From assembly GCA_030390025.1 (NCBI GenBank), contig CM059426.1:88412001-88476000 (forward strand): a stretch of 64,000 nucleotides of DNA. Direction: 5' to 3'. Below the pieces are notes generated by a model. That model made no database searches. It saw nothing but the letters and a program-made list of their open reading frames with translations, and was not told the DNA's origin. Source of the DNA: Squalus acanthias (Eukaryota). This document shows positions 63,640-64,000 of the stretch, in pieces (positions within the stretch are counted from its first letter, which is position 1; each line of letters starts with the position of its first letter). The translations under genes and the position numbers were made by a program.

Positions 63640-64000
63640 GTGTGGGGTTACGGGGATAGGATGGGATATGTTAGGGGCAATTAAATACGTGGGGTTACAG
63701 GGATAGGGTGGGATATGTGTCGGTGCAGGCTCGATGGGGACTCTGTGTGAGGGGGCAGGGACAGGGTGCTGGATTTGGATGATCAGCCATGATCGTATTG
63801 AATGGTGGAGCAGGCTCGACGGGCCGAATGGCCTACTCCTGCTCCTAGTTTCTATGTTTCTATGTCTATGTTTCTAATGTTTGTTCCTCAACCAACACCA
63901 CCAAAAATTAGTCATTTATCTCACTGCTGTTTGTGGGAACTTGCGGTGCGCAAATTGGCTCTCGTGTTTGCCTGCACTTCAAGTATTCAGTTGATGAATC

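Larger units (their letters stand above)
57880..63985 (+). mobile_element. DeuSINE (57880-58113 and ~63877-63985) split by an HE1-type SINE (58114-58153 and 63640-63875), itself split by a CR1
   Basis: The halves join into continuous SINE sequence; the HE1 junction ATTAAATA|TGTGGGGTTA matches the intact copy at 30554-30946. Confidence 0.75.

Overview
Eukaryotic, intron-dominated vertebrate DNA, most likely a shark or other elasmobranch (it carries HE1-type V-SINEs, DeuSINE/SacSINE-like SINEs and shark-type CR1, Penelope and Harbinger repeats). One host gene is present: 13 coding exons of a P4-ATPase lipid flippase on the minus strand (55813 down to 8108, continuing past the left edge). Its body is ATP10D-like, but its first coding exon is the ATP10A-like 'NFVP..AFQP' type and has an in-frame TGA just upstream of the start codon. 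The introns are filled with mobile elements. These include an apparently intact Tigger/pogo transposon (52137-54937; perfect TIRs, TA TSD, DD32D transposase, internal 53-bp array) and Penelope-like elements (PLEs) carrying minimal hammerhead-ribozyme motifs, two of which are near-perfect palindromes with TSDs (26032-26438 and 61080-62128). There are also PIF/Harbinger elements and MITEs with Myb/SANT relics, several CR1/L2 LINEs (one young and nearly full-length), SINEs, and a four-level nested insertion at the right end. All calls were made by eye; no database searches were run and family comparisons rely on recalled sequences.
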